Source: an uncultured Oscillospiraceae bacterium (GTDB taxonomy: Bacteria; Bacillota; Clostridia; Oscillospirales; Oscillospiraceae). Taken from it: 64,000 nucleotides of DNA. The position numbers were made by a program, and so were the translations under genes. The first letter of the stretch is position 1, and each line of letters starts with the position of its first letter. Positions 31,601 through 38,452 of the stretch are shown piece by piece. Location: positions 6,173-70,172 of the forward strand of contig CATMVA010000002.1 in the NCBI GenBank assembly GCA_950075865.1, written 5' to 3'. The notes beneath the pieces are model-generated. The model made no database searches. It saw only the letters and a list, made by a program, of their open reading frames with translations, and was not told the origin of the DNA.

Positions 31601-32894
31601 GGAAAACGAAGGGAATAGTGACATGGTACTCACCTGGCTCAAGCGCATCGATGGCGCTCTGCGCCTCGATTACCAGATCCCCGCTTGACATCAGATCGTT
31701 CCCATGATCCTGGTTTCTCACCGTTGTTGTTACTGTGGAAACCGGGGAAGTAACCTTCAAATATCCGGAAGTGTCCGTGGGTTGATCGGTTCCTGCAAGA
31801 GGCCCCAACAAGTTTGTGGAATTACCCACCGTAAGCTGCGGATAAGTATAGGTTATGGTTGCTGCCCGGTTCCCTTTTTGGAAGGAAACCGTACCCTCCG
31901 TTGCTGTAACATACGGATATCTTACCACCATTTGAACCTGGACGGTAACTGATTTTTGAACGTTATTCTCATCGTAATAGGAAATTGTTGCCGTACCCGT
32001 TACAGGTATTTTAGTGGCATTCATCGCTGTCCCAACAGTGAAACCAATGTAATAGGTTCCGTTTTCTATCATATCCCCCGTTGCAAGGGCTGTCGTAAGG
32101 GTGCTTTCCTTATAGAGCGTTGCTCCGGAAAAATTGCCGGTAACGTTACTTCCATCTGCGCCAGTCAGCGTATAAGTAATATCCTTAAACTCGGCGGCAG
32201 CTCCGCTATTTACAACTGTACCAGGAGCCGATGTTTGATTTGCCGCAACTTTAGCACCCTTCGTCAATCCCGTTCCGGTTCCTATATGATAAAAATCTGT
32301 CGCCGTGATCTGCACCGGCGGCTTACCGCTCCACACAGCGGTGGTAGCGCAAAGCCGGGGGCCCACCGTGGAGTACAGTACAGCCACCACGGGAATGCTG
32401 GTGTCACTCGAAACGACCTGGCTGCCGTCGGCCTTGTACTTTCCTCCCTCCGCGGCCACTGCCTGGTCAAAGGTCTTGCCGATATTGCCTGTAATAGTCA
32501 GCTTGCCGTTGCTCCAGGTGGCACCCGCATTGCTCTGGTAATAATAGCTTTCTCGAGGTATCTTATAGGTCTCAAAAACCTTATTGAACGCACCAATCGT
32601 ACCCAAGCCGTCGTGGAAGGCTTTTCCAATTTGATTAGAAGGCGCGCCAACCCCACCGCCCGCCGACACATCGGGCAGAATGGCCAGGGCGTAGTTGCCC
32701 AGACCGCCGCCCGCCCCCGGCACGTTAAAGGTCAGAGTAAAATCACCGTTATTTTTGACCTCCAGGGAATGGCCTGTGGTCACCACCGCCGCGTTGGCCG
32801 CCGGGAACAGGTTGGCCGGGAGGAAACCCAGCACCATGACGAGGGCCAGCAGGCCGCTCACCAATCGCTTTTTGAAGTTCAGTTTCGTTTTCAT
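16605..32894 (-). CDS. Giant secreted surface protein (~5429 aa) with InlB B-type repeats, Ig-like repeats and two SLH triads
   Basis: GGGAGG RBS; signal peptide MKTKLNFKKRLVSGLLALVMVLG...AANA; F.GW repeats; six GY.DGTF.P...ITR.E SLH motifs. Confidence 0.9.
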   Translation of the reverse strand: MKTKLNFKKRLVSGLLALVMVLGFLPANLFPAANAAVVTTGHSLEVKNNGDFTLTFNVPGAGGGLGNYALAILPDVSAGGGVGAPSNQIGKAFHDGLGTIGAFNKVFETYKIPRESYYYQSNAGATWSNGKLTITGNIGKTFDQAVAAEGGKYKADGSQVVSSDTSIPVVAVLYSTVGPRLCATTAVWSGKPPVQITATDFYHIGTGTGLTKGAKVAANQTSAPGTVVNSGAAAEFKDITYTLTGADGSNVTGNFSGATLYKESTLTTALATGDMIENGTYYIGFTVGTAMNATKIPVTGTATISYYDENNVQKSVTVQVQMVVRYPYVTATEGTVSFQKGNRAATITYTYPQLTVGNSTNLLGPLAGTDQPTDTSGYLKVTSPVSTVTTTVRNQDHGNDLMSSGDLVIEAQSAIDALEPGEYHVTIPFVFRYKAAATAAVFQSRTVNVPVTIYVSEPAQKATYTVSFDAQGGSPTPSSQTVAEGDLVTKPTDPTRGTDVFNGWYTAATGGSKWNFASDTVSGDMTLYAQWTEKVTVTFHENKPAGVTHSWANPPAAQSINRGSSAAWPSPEPTLAGYTLKGWSTSPTGSVVWSSGASPIINGNTNYYAKWEPRGITFDDVTFSGVMDQTPVLSPTSGGQGYATGDGHNKTDFTYTFPGGGTSYTVYGVTFKFDSSGQLVATGTLNNAARSEFEVTATSKLNGATKTAKVIIQVPPRINGGSIKESIIQANKAVTLKEFTLTDGTKVDMSNATQRGWLKSVEWFIGFGGTYDGGNNSSNLGPTMGQKVGTGSPSVTLPGEDKVISGSHLWVRVVGDGPGDGTGHVDRGADQTDAALKSDSVPYAMWVDLGEIGKERREIRVQNVFFDLSNNKISTEPAGFGWSASLTQVGTGERSELRTTNSTNDYEFLGWSLTGTSPTSGVSNDRLSPASGEWTLTGEGAAHTASGRNNATFVMNKLPASTGIITVYAVYKQLPSYTITVVAGDHISQVEGGGKTGKTITIAVKESDIVTLTATPDASCINKDYKITLTGSNTIAGVGGHYNQIASDGKSSVTLQAKANITVTFTGTGVADLQITGTQKYASAKESYDVATLGDIFTATLTNPGAVNATISSQEWGLYTAKDSGVKDTSGNFTITSTRPATVNAGTTNTGSAPKVTVRPKAGLAPGTYTTWLHIQEATPVDQTKNNEQLSYWQQITFVVTTSDEFDGKVTLNLDGKPLSGQTVTLKPATGSNVGTTASGNVYTATGLSVGQTYSVLVNSTESGYVLHAAAKEQVINLYTLTTSATPAGVMDGTNAIKVTVNQNSGKAITVGGQTAYTEGSAINLSVPRNATLSGQAYVFDKWTGNVEGVATAITNYVTMNSQKTVTASYAASLSLIYDYNYGSMGTFYTDSGHKQGDSVPVTAMTPTRTGYYFKGWATTAAATTANVSGSVTMGTTNTTVYAVWAKAEPSWSTLPSGEYGRDYTGNAVVTGGNLGAVTYSVGAWDTSLGAMTGGWTGITNLSAIGLTYNTNTGVITGKPTRAGTFGFSVTARNTAGETWTHNYGLVVGKATPTITGVRFTDGVNGNIQATTPLSDLRIDAVVTAPYWDGSSWTNAKTYTYTNYVSGAAGTDPGTLELTSPTGSLDFSKGSIPAVVTLKPNGATSISGQTFGEIYSSVTGNGYINQGNMRYSFTATSPIVFDSITSDRTAVQIDGIAGKTVTVTNTGNQTGYFTYDLQNADGSAYDTTATVAEFTVTGFAGNTELAENGTTTLTVKPVGNNLTGKIGTHTVFIHIVEKDADSNTVAEERIPVTMEITAGSFTGKVKAILYAVGATSGTAGQIPGGTVKLRELGTTNEKTASYVAASNEYQVTGLTAGTTYSVWINGIQVPGTYVTYTAQEASANLYEVKLTNDISGTPDSHLTGAGYYLKDQVVVTSTDASVTASGKTYDFVKWVSSDSAAEYPSASAGFAMPEKAVTMTATYKERAAVTFKVTYSAGAAGGSTMVPSDTMDYAAGANVTVSTMIPVWPGHTFTGWSGNQSVGAVASGGNFTMPAGDVILTAQWEKVQVNDWTPNLPVGTYGENYYGSVSMDTSKTGPVTYSASGLPGGLTMAPNGVITGKPYEVGGNQTVTVTATSTADSSLSWTHEVEITVSKAVPSLAVVSVTGAEDGKSFNAATYVVDVAVPKLTTKGADSAGDVWGTATYRYTLPTATGDAAATTGALSITSTGSFANGANTVGLHWTPGSGNSADSNNNVYSNIYEDGNVDAIVGVDSTYGITASPIANTWTVEAGYNVSAGADGTWGTVDTTGTVNDAKSLKVTITNIGTQSTGNLNLTLAQGSSSKFELKSGTHATITNTTPIDKDGTVDIYVWPAKGVTPGVYTDTLTIKGDHGVQAEVRLTLVVNRASTFDFEVDTKLHTATDLPGTLGDVVSIELREAGTTSGTAGSKTAAGKYTWTGLDSSKSYSVVVNGYVTTNVVTAFSTNPMVVDLYQAVLKQEPTGTGADLRLDSTAGRTSYYYVEGQPFGVSTTVPTGKKLDKWTETQYTDTTGTTIDRSTSANISQVMQKQPVTLTARFSDVVEYEVRLGNIGAADGQSTMGYNNGQSYLDILTGGTPSGGIYKVLAGATFGLPQPVTGSVGAGQYSITHVHSTGSYTFRGWTTDETKVADASAGTFVFTATSPDVVIKDGVITLYPVWTKDSELALPAGVIKGVYKHNTLTPNQVTPATGGTGSAPAYTYTTGTLPFGLTMTSGGVFSGTPNDTGAKTATIEVTDGTFTATADYSFVIDKADMKLKDADKTKLTTGVSVEVDGNISAAINGVLTFKPDGDGTGETDINGAWTIGDVTGLTSPGVYYVPVTYTPANGSGDHAKDGDHYNVYTDTIKVTVKAKLITAANVLVDEAATNGVPNTLATVQGHSNTLTSSGGGASYANDVEITNVFWSPAPGAAFAANTAYTVTVVLKIKAGSDYRFDTAQTNFGKINGSANTKQLSLTAETASFSLEFEAEPTKLTLIDVTVGTLGVGSTTTNVSSGEPAKYTVTGYKWVDKGTTNQVVNPGFSESKNYDVLVTVRPEAGYEFDDSVFGGNKGTALKDSKWNATVNGESDLTNGKTATVETKLNEDGTIEIRYSFFKPVAEQLVAISGVTGDLGIYYAQMSDASGNKHKDTNATGHKSGIGFVFDPSKITVNATYKNTDGNTTDKPVTSGRTFYVIDPSNNSEVVLYKDGDTAGRTFKNYGSDSDLSLDGLMVYVKISGLPTSTQVDRLVVKELTVMDIAAASGKTLPKPTLEYTDGASFVPGTMQATEGVTVTFNTDTAALRNPVTLTGYGVDNRSSNTPTNYFYALNADGTDELTAATKLGASHNGKTVYLCYADVNDHVVSAPVGTLKIKSADLAVTVTDENGNDPEYGDKLTAEPTGGTGPYTYQWEVEGPTGTWTPIPGETGKDHVPGKDEVGKTIRVTVTDSTGAENSSDPLTIEARSLNFVVAKWDKNWTGNPNNVHSYTSADFTLTTVANGSYGGVLLGDKVTLTPAGTWNNADGSRPPYANANVGSEITWPAITVNTGTAVGQTGGYALGGAGASYNGTPVYRLAAQEEQPSVGQIKDALVTKVSHVDVHFAEMPIYSHTIPGQPTGVTLTTETQPGEGGDTFTATWYTDFADLTDPGNKVTGTDPKFDADTYTVVVKVKPKDGFEYDENTHFYFHFGTGNTVEVTGADGLAVSGGVYTMYYTFPPVERIKIQHVNVSIPQPVVETTHQDTGSKIQVLGTDSSDQMANLDMSGIKWYEDTSTTEMVAGAQFQGDKGYRAEFDLTAKDPFQFADNVNFIVNGVAVPGGNNVIRNVSATKDAASEKYHVVVTFAALKGGKVDLTDVYVNAVVPSVDKAPDSGYKPSVDAVKPYALTGTNDVWQYWNGSAWITITAANANSALDASGNFLAGVPYQVTGTVKLTDTTHYQITDKTKFYLAGIECTTDAVDSVINGRPQYTPLVKNGDGTYTLTRQFYIPVDRVIIEVATRATAPAVGGKPADDTYKKSGKVTLAINGKGNVLTSRVTAGDVTWTEATGASVTTFDKGKSYKATYPLTINETGYTYAASVKFTIHDIEVNTGDPAKTDPASGITVQAVRDSDTRCTVTVTYPATQSDITVGDVTANYEVPVEGKNPAVALNYTPGNQVTLDQAALKTDNSNGSTWHTGTKTGAVVTETGTFNNGDYVVVTTFTAQDGFIFSDGTKFIINGSVYTKAANGTNVEISADHKTAMVYHLFPGQDKTIVRVAANVSQPVANETRSTDVSKILAQNKDNDDMLSHITVSPVTWTVANTFGGSYGTASGTTFEANKYYRATFTVAANSGYSLLAETDDKVDFLINGIFNNGSWIDGAGSATGSGTKVTTTGSGNSYTVTVDFPVTGSVAKVLTVWGNAKQPVAGSAINHGDITVSPAEPYQIQAGTNKWYTDAACTIEANGKFLPGTTYHARLTAELKGQYTGIYQFTQTTKGYINDTTGGTTVAYDPTTGTPTTVTLTRAFKVPEASTDLTVYGNVVVPTAGNTASASNITAISGQPYEKASAKWLDDTGADFIGTFQPGKTYTAELTVRVKNPNTHEFNAATAGYINNDPVTGADKTLNSDGTLTLRKSFTLEDSSITRVIVNSATPTVGSALPTDISEGDSSKYTFTSASWAASNGTPVTTVEYSTSYTLTVVVDPKENINLPGTDTTGYTWKGNPASSAVENGDGTYTVKFEYTTGPKPADPPPSTGTITVTEELPVVTYWISDNGFTNDLTAEKMARAGAKPTFVPKVSGKEGYTFKGWSEVDPATLASGAEIKLVDPLTFSISEDKTFYAVYDEPRFEHNHYASGYPDGTFKPEQYITRAEVAAIVANACLDGFDNTADYGNPGNYSDINPKKWYGNDIAYCTMYGVFSGYKDGTFKPDQYITRQELAVVVANMAGMQPNIGMPFTDASSINKWARDGVYTVYKNNWVSGYPDGTFRPQNNITRAETVAIFNGYLHRGVDAEGLADLTSYVLDATAGGYQGDGMTQYMTWTDVPEKYWAYYHIIEATNDHDFHWPDEEGKMPPEHWDAAYQDETWRYREEFSVTYVVGDHGTAPDGSVLTLSVKSGGKPRTQPHIDPSADWTFVGWSLTPAGDIVEPLTVTITAATTFYAVYAPQAALYTVRYDAGANGAVSGASSESVIEGQKPVRVPAVNAHEGYTFLGWAETPAGAVVSPADVTITANKTFYAVYRADQPEVQLQSHTAYMSGYDDGTFRPSQAITRADVVTMVVRALGTDYDPDHVYDTSSVTDVAGHPAENMIGYCIEKGIFSGYKDGTFLPEGTMTRQEFAVVIANLAGGAQENQGLPFTDADSVNKWARNAVYTVYVNGWIGGYKDGTFQPKNNITRAEAAVIFNGFLGRSVDKTSLVDVPQGATSPWSDVKATNWAYQNIMEATSDHSFYLDGGVEHWAEP

Positions 32895-35800
32895 TTGGGT
32901 GTCCTCCCATAAGTAAGGATAAACTCTCGCACACACAGTCGGTCAATGACGAATCTTGTAGTCAGTTGTCGGATATTGGGACTTCGTAAGCTGGGCGGAG
33001 CTTTCAGCTTTCTGGTCGAGATCCGGTACAGCCGCCGCTGGAGTGCGGCATTTGTAGTCACTACATTGGGTGGATCTGTGGGTTCCGGATCCGGTTCTTC
33101 CGGCTCCTCCGGATTTTGGGTAGGCTCCGCCGGGGGCGTTGGAGAGGGCTTCTCTCCATCGTCCGGCTCTTCCCTATGTTCAGGCTCAGGCGTCTCACTG
33201 GGCTCTGGACTTTCCGTCGGTTCAGGGCTGACCGTGGGCTCCGGATCCAGTGGGGGCTCCGGATCCGGCAGGTCGGTCTCCTCAGGCTCCGGGCTTTCAC
33301 TCGGCTCGGGGCTTTCCGTGGGCTCCTCCGTCTCTGCGGGCTCGGGACTCTCGGTCTCCTCATTGGCCACAAACACCACTTGGGTGTCCAGGATCTCCAC
33401 GCTGGTCTCCCCCGTCACCGGATCCAGCGTGTTTACGGTTGTAGTCTCCACAACCAGCGTGCCGCCCTCCTGGGGCGTTACGACCGTAGTCACCGTTGTG
33501 GTGATGATGTGACCCGTCTCCTCGTCCACCATGGTCATCGACTCTGTGGTGGTCACCGTGCCGTCTTCGCCGACTACAGTGGAGGTAACAGGTTCAGTGG
33601 GAACCGCCGTCATCATCAGCCGGTTGGGCATCATGGACAGCAGCGAAGCGCCGCTGGGCCACCCCGCCGACGGATCCTCAATTCCAAAGTCCGCTATATT
33701 CATGTCTGATGTATCGACATCATCCAACGTCCAATCGCCTGTCATATAGAAATAATTGATAAACAGATTCTGAACCTGGCTCCAGGTGATGGTGAAGGCC
33801 CCGCTGTCATTACAGCCTGCCGCATCATAGTCCATAGCATCCCATGTGATCTCATCCAACAGTCCCTGATCAGCGGGTGTTCCAAATTCATCTTGTGCCA
33901 ACCCCATATTCAGAGCCCGCTCTTCGGTCAGCCATGCCTGCAGGTTCGTCAGCGCATCGGGATCGCTTCCATCTGCCACCGCTGCGATTAAGCCGGTCAG
34001 GGTAGCAAAATCCTCCCAGGGCTTTGGCTTATCCACCGGCTTTTCATCCAGCGTTTTCCACCAATAATTGATATTGGCATCTCCCTGGATATTGGCGTCC
34101 GTCTCATAGGTTCCGGTCAAAATGAAATACTGGATCTCATGCCAGGTCGCTGTGGCTGCCGGGGGATACATACTTCCGCTGATGGTCTGCATCAGCCGAA
34201 CGATCTGGGATTTTAGCCCAGCCCCATCTCCGCTGCCAAACATTGTGAAGTCGGCAGGATAATGCTCCGCTCCGCCGGGATCTGCGGATACCAGCCTCCC
34301 CTGCTCCAGAACGGAGGCAAAATCTGCGTCCAGGTTATCCCAGGCCTTGGTGTTTCCGTTGTAGGTCGCCCGGAAGGCGGCGTCCATCAGAGCTACGGCC
34401 AAAGCATCCGCCCTGGCTGCCGGATCATCCTGCGTCAGCGCAAAATCTACCGCCTCCGGTTCTCCGTTTCCTTGCCACCAAAAATATGCGCCCTCTCTGT
34501 TGATAACTGTATTACTTCCCAGTGAACGATGGATGATATAATACTGCGCACGCACCCAGGATGCGGTTCCGTTCTCCGCACCGTAGTAAGCCAGCATATC
34601 ACGCTTGAAGTCTTCGATGTCGCTATACTTGGTCCCGTCGAAGGTTTTGCGGAAATGGAACTCGGCATAGTTCTCGTTATACAGATCATCCAGCGAAAAG
34701 TCGCTCATGGCAGTGGGGTCGCCCTGATAGGCCATGCTGACCGCCTGCATCAATTCGGCGAAGGACTTGATCTGCACCCGGCCGTTGTGCCACCAGTAGG
34801 TGCCGTACTCGGTGGAGGCGTTGGGATCCCCCGCCGGGTCGCTGTGGTGCAGGATATAGTACTGGATCTCATACCAGGTGGCCGCCGTACCCTGGGGCAG
34901 GCCGGTCAGGGCCCCCTTCAGGGCCGTCTTGAAGTCGGCGAAGGTGGCGAACTTCTGCCCCTCCTCCCCATTCACGGTCTGGGCCAGGTTCTCCGTGATC
35001 CGGACCCAGCCCCGGTCGGTGGTCTCGGCGCTGTCGTTGGCCGCCCAGGTGGGCTCCAGCCGGTTCAGCTTGGCGTCCCGGGTATCCGAGCTGCCGTCAG
35101 GCAGGGCCACGGGGGTGATACTGTCCTTGGCCGCCGTCATCATATCCGTCCAGCTGTTCATGGGTACGCTGGTGGAGCCGTCGTACCACCAGTACTTCTC
35201 CCGGGCGTCGGCCGCCGTCTCCCCCAGGATCTGGGCCTGCACCGCGTCCCAGCTATGGGTCACCGCCCCGTTGGCCGCGTCCAGGGCCGCCACGGCAGCC
35301 ACCACGTCGTTCTTGAAGGCCGTCACGTCGGCCCCGTAGGCCGTGCCGTTGCCATCCCGCCGCAGGTGGGTCAGGTTCTCCGCCTCGGTACCCGTCAGCT
35401 CGGTGATGTGATCCGGGTTGTTCCGGGCAGCATCGATCAGCTCACCCCAGTTGGTGGGCTTGTTGGAGACCGAAGCCACACAGTTCGTGTGCAGATGGCA
35501 GTGGCTGATGATCACAGCGTCCGCCGCGGCCCGGGAAAGGAGCCCCCTGCCCATAATATAGAGCTGGAGCTGGTGGTAGCTCAGCTGGGCACAGTCATGC
35601 ACGTTGTCCCAGAAGTCGGGGTCGCCCTGATGGCCGATCACAATATCCTTTCCCACATCCTGAATGGCCTGCTGGAGGTCAGCCAGGTTTGTAAACGGGT
35701 CCGGATCCGAACCGTCAGCACCCTTGATATTGATGTCGTTAAAAACACCCACATCCAGATATGTAATAAATTCCGCTGCTGCCAGCTCACCGTTATAAAC

Positions 35801-38248
35801 CTTGGTTGACAACTCCAACAGCTGGTTTAAGGTTCCTTCCAGCACAAAGCCCCGGGAACCTTCCCGGGCGGCGTAAGGCACTGCCGCATAGACCGGGCCG
35901 CTCTCATTCTCTCCGTCCACAAGGTAGTTGTAGTTATCCATGGTGGCCGCTGTACCCGACCGGTTTGCGTCGCCCTCGATACGGTCGCCGCCGGCCACAA
36001 AGTTATAACCGAAGGCGTCCTTCAGGTAGTAATCCGCCCGGTTCTGCCGGCCTGTCAGGGTCAGCGAGAAGGGGATCTCCTCTGTATTGCTCACATCGAT
36101 CTTGGCAAACATACTCTTATCTTTGTTTTTGTAGGTAGACTCCAGGTTGGCGTTGGGCAGGTCGTGGTCCACCTTCACCTCGCCGTCCTTGGTAAAGGTT
36201 TCCCACAGCAGGTCCGCCGTGGTATCCTGCCGCACCACCGGCTCCCGGAGCCGGGCCACCCCCCGCACCCGGGTATCATCCGGATCATCCAGGTTCTTCT
36301 CGCTGGACCTCTCGAAGGTCACATCCACTGACCAGGCGCCGCCGTCTGCCGACGAGACCTTATTCAACTTATTATAGTACGGCTCCGAGATCATCCGGTA
36401 GGGGTTATCCGTGGTTTGCAGCTCCTCCCCCGGCTCATAGACCGCTTTCAAAAACACAGTGTTATCAGTGGATTTGAAACCTGCCTCAAGATCCATCATT
36501 TCGAACTCAAAACCCGCCAAATCGTAGGTAAAACTCGCTTTTTCGCCGCTGGCCAGTTGTTGGTACCCACCGCCGTTGGAACCGTTGTAATCACTGAGTT
36601 CTCCCATGCCCAGCGTGGTCCAGGTATCCGCATAGTTATCGACTGTGCACTTGGCCCAACCGTAGGCATAGGGGTACTCGGCGTCCCAAATTGCATTCCC
36701 ACTTTCATCTGCCTTCTGGCTCCAAACCATTGTGCCGGAATCGCTTTCGGTACATTCCATAGGCCGCTTGAAAAACACGTAGTCAAGCTTGTTGGTGAGC
36801 GGGTAATTCTCACCATCAGGCTTGACAGTTCCGTCATCTATAATGTTTCCGTTGGGCCCCAAGGCCTGCGGGGTCGTGGGGTACTTGCCCCGGTAACTGT
36901 CCGCCCGTGTCAGAGAATCCACGCTTCCTGCGCCGCTCCCCGCCGCGCCCGGAGCCCGCAGCTCTTCTGTCACAAAGTGTTCAGCCACATAAGTATTCAC
37001 CATTTCCCGCACGTCCGCCCGCTTGGGCAGGATCTGGGTCCCCAGCAGTGTATTATCCCAATCCACGTAGACCACGGTAGTATACTTGCTCAGATCCACT
37101 GGGACGTAAGCGAAAGACACGTCCGACACCACCGGCCAGGTGATATGCCGGTGGGCCTCTTCACCGTCTACGGTAGCCGGCCGATCATCAAAATGGTTGG
37201 ACAGATAAGAGTACTTATCCGTCGGCGTAGCGCCGTTCTTGTCCACCGCCAGCACCTTGCCGTTGATGGTCCGCGGCGCTGCCAGGGTCACGTCCTGCCC
37301 GTCGATGGTCACAGTCACATTCTCCACCGTGGAAGGAAGCGCACCCGCTGCGTCTGTCACCAGGCACCCCGGTACATAGTACATCTGCTGCCCCTTGGCC
37401 CCGGTGTAGTGCAAAGCCATGTCCACCGGCGGACGGGTTCCATGGATATCCTCCTCCGAGGCAAAACCCACCGAGGCGGGATCTGTCGTCAGGTCCCGCC
37501 CCAGCGCCGCGTGAAGCTCGTCTATATTTGTAACCACCATCGGGTCAACATTCTCGCCTTGGTCGATGTAAACGGTGTAGCCATGCCGTCCGTCCGGCAG
37601 AATGGAGATCTTGGATGCCAGCGGCTCGTTGATCTTGAACCGGATGGCGGCAAGTGTAGTCATCTCATTCAAGATAATGTCGCTGTTGTAAGCCTCCGCC
37701 TTGAAATAGACCAGCCCCTCCCCCGACTTCGTGCCGTCGGCAGATGTAGTCATACCGCATTTGGCGATAGCGCCCGTGGCTGGCAGCAGGTCATTCTTCT
37801 TGGCCGGAATATCCACCGTATAGGCCTTATCGGCGTCCAACTCAAGGTCGGTCGCCGTATCCGCCCCGCCGATCCAAGACCAGCTGATGGGGGTATACAG
37901 ACTGGCGTCATACTGCAGGTTCACCGACAGTGTCCGGAACGCCACCGGAATGGCCTCCTCCACCGTCTCATCAGGATTATTCGGGTCAGCCACTGTAGTC
38001 ATTCCCGACGGTCCCACCCGCAGGGTAAGCTCCATGGTCCCCTCCAGCGTGCCGTACTCGGAGCGGACAAAGTTGGTCTGGATCTCGATGTTGGGGAATT
38101 CAGAATCCACCTTAACCTGGGCGGGTGCGCTCAGCGGTGCGCTGGCACCGTAGGCCACGGTGGGCAGCACCATGGCAAATGCCAGCGCCAGGGCGGTGCC
38201 CCGCCGAAGGAGGCGGCTCCAATTCAGTTTTATATTTTTGTAATTCAT
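32891..38248 (-). CDS. Large secreted protein (~1785 aa) with an N-terminal cohesin-like domain, helical Trp/Tyr repeats and a Pro/Glu tail
   Basis: AAGGAGGT RBS before MNYKNIK; signal peptide RRGTALALAFAMVLPTVAYG; ATGA overlap with the next gene. Confidence 0.85.
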   Translation of the reverse strand: MNYKNIKLNWSRLLRRGTALALAFAMVLPTVAYGASAPLSAPAQVKVDSEFPNIEIQTNFVRSEYGTLEGTMELTLRVGPSGMTTVADPNNPDETVEEAIPVAFRTLSVNLQYDASLYTPISWSWIGGADTATDLELDADKAYTVDIPAKKNDLLPATGAIAKCGMTTSADGTKSGEGLVYFKAEAYNSDIILNEMTTLAAIRFKINEPLASKISILPDGRHGYTVYIDQGENVDPMVVTNIDELHAALGRDLTTDPASVGFASEEDIHGTRPPVDMALHYTGAKGQQMYYVPGCLVTDAAGALPSTVENVTVTIDGQDVTLAAPRTINGKVLAVDKNGATPTDKYSYLSNHFDDRPATVDGEEAHRHITWPVVSDVSFAYVPVDLSKYTTVVYVDWDNTLLGTQILPKRADVREMVNTYVAEHFVTEELRAPGAAGSGAGSVDSLTRADSYRGKYPTTPQALGPNGNIIDDGTVKPDGENYPLTNKLDYVFFKRPMECTESDSGTMVWSQKADESGNAIWDAEYPYAYGWAKCTVDNYADTWTTLGMGELSDYNGSNGGGYQQLASGEKASFTYDLAGFEFEMMDLEAGFKSTDNTVFLKAVYEPGEELQTTDNPYRMISEPYYNKLNKVSSADGGAWSVDVTFERSSEKNLDDPDDTRVRGVARLREPVVRQDTTADLLWETFTKDGEVKVDHDLPNANLESTYKNKDKSMFAKIDVSNTEEIPFSLTLTGRQNRADYYLKDAFGYNFVAGGDRIEGDANRSGTAATMDNYNYLVDGENESGPVYAAVPYAAREGSRGFVLEGTLNQLLELSTKVYNGELAAAEFITYLDVGVFNDINIKGADGSDPDPFTNLADLQQAIQDVGKDIVIGHQGDPDFWDNVHDCAQLSYHQLQLYIMGRGLLSRAAADAVIISHCHLHTNCVASVSNKPTNWGELIDAARNNPDHITELTGTEAENLTHLRRDGNGTAYGADVTAFKNDVVAAVAALDAANGAVTHSWDAVQAQILGETAADAREKYWWYDGSTSVPMNSWTDMMTAAKDSITPVALPDGSSDTRDAKLNRLEPTWAANDSAETTDRGWVRITENLAQTVNGEEGQKFATFADFKTALKGALTGLPQGTAATWYEIQYYILHHSDPAGDPNASTEYGTYWWHNGRVQIKSFAELMQAVSMAYQGDPTAMSDFSLDDLYNENYAEFHFRKTFDGTKYSDIEDFKRDMLAYYGAENGTASWVRAQYYIIHRSLGSNTVINREGAYFWWQGNGEPEAVDFALTQDDPAARADALAVALMDAAFRATYNGNTKAWDNLDADFASVLEQGRLVSADPGGAEHYPADFTMFGSGDGAGLKSQIVRLMQTISGSMYPPAATATWHEIQYFILTGTYETDANIQGDANINYWWKTLDEKPVDKPKPWEDFATLTGLIAAVADGSDPDALTNLQAWLTEERALNMGLAQDEFGTPADQGLLDEITWDAMDYDAAGCNDSGAFTITWSQVQNLFINYFYMTGDWTLDDVDTSDMNIADFGIEDPSAGWPSGASLLSMMPNRLMMTAVPTEPVTSTVVGEDGTVTTTESMTMVDEETGHIITTTVTTVVTPQEGGTLVVETTTVNTLDPVTGETSVEILDTQVVFVANEETESPEPAETEEPTESPEPSESPEPEETDLPDPEPPLDPEPTVSPEPTESPEPSETPEPEHREEPDDGEKPSPTPPAEPTQNPEEPEEPDPEPTDPPNVVTTNAALQRRLYRISTRKLKAPPSLRSPNIRQLTTRFVIDRLCVREFILTYGRTPK

Positions 38249-38292
38249 ATCGGAACCACCTCCTTTCTTTTCGGATTCTTTCTTTGTTGATT

Positions 38293-38452
38293 CAAAACCT
38301 CTGTTTTCTTGCTCAAAACCGTCTTTTTGGAGGGCAAAACCACCTCTAAATCGGTCAAAAAGAATACAACTTGGATGCAATTTTCGCTTAAAATTCGAAA
38401 AATCTGCGTGCAACTTTTCTTTTCGATTTATCCAACTGACATGCAACTTTTG
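38293..38452. repeat. Helically phased short direct repeats
   Basis: CAAAACC at 38293/38314/38335 (21-bp period) and TGCAAYTTT at 38376/38409/38442 (33-bp period). Confidence 0.7.
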
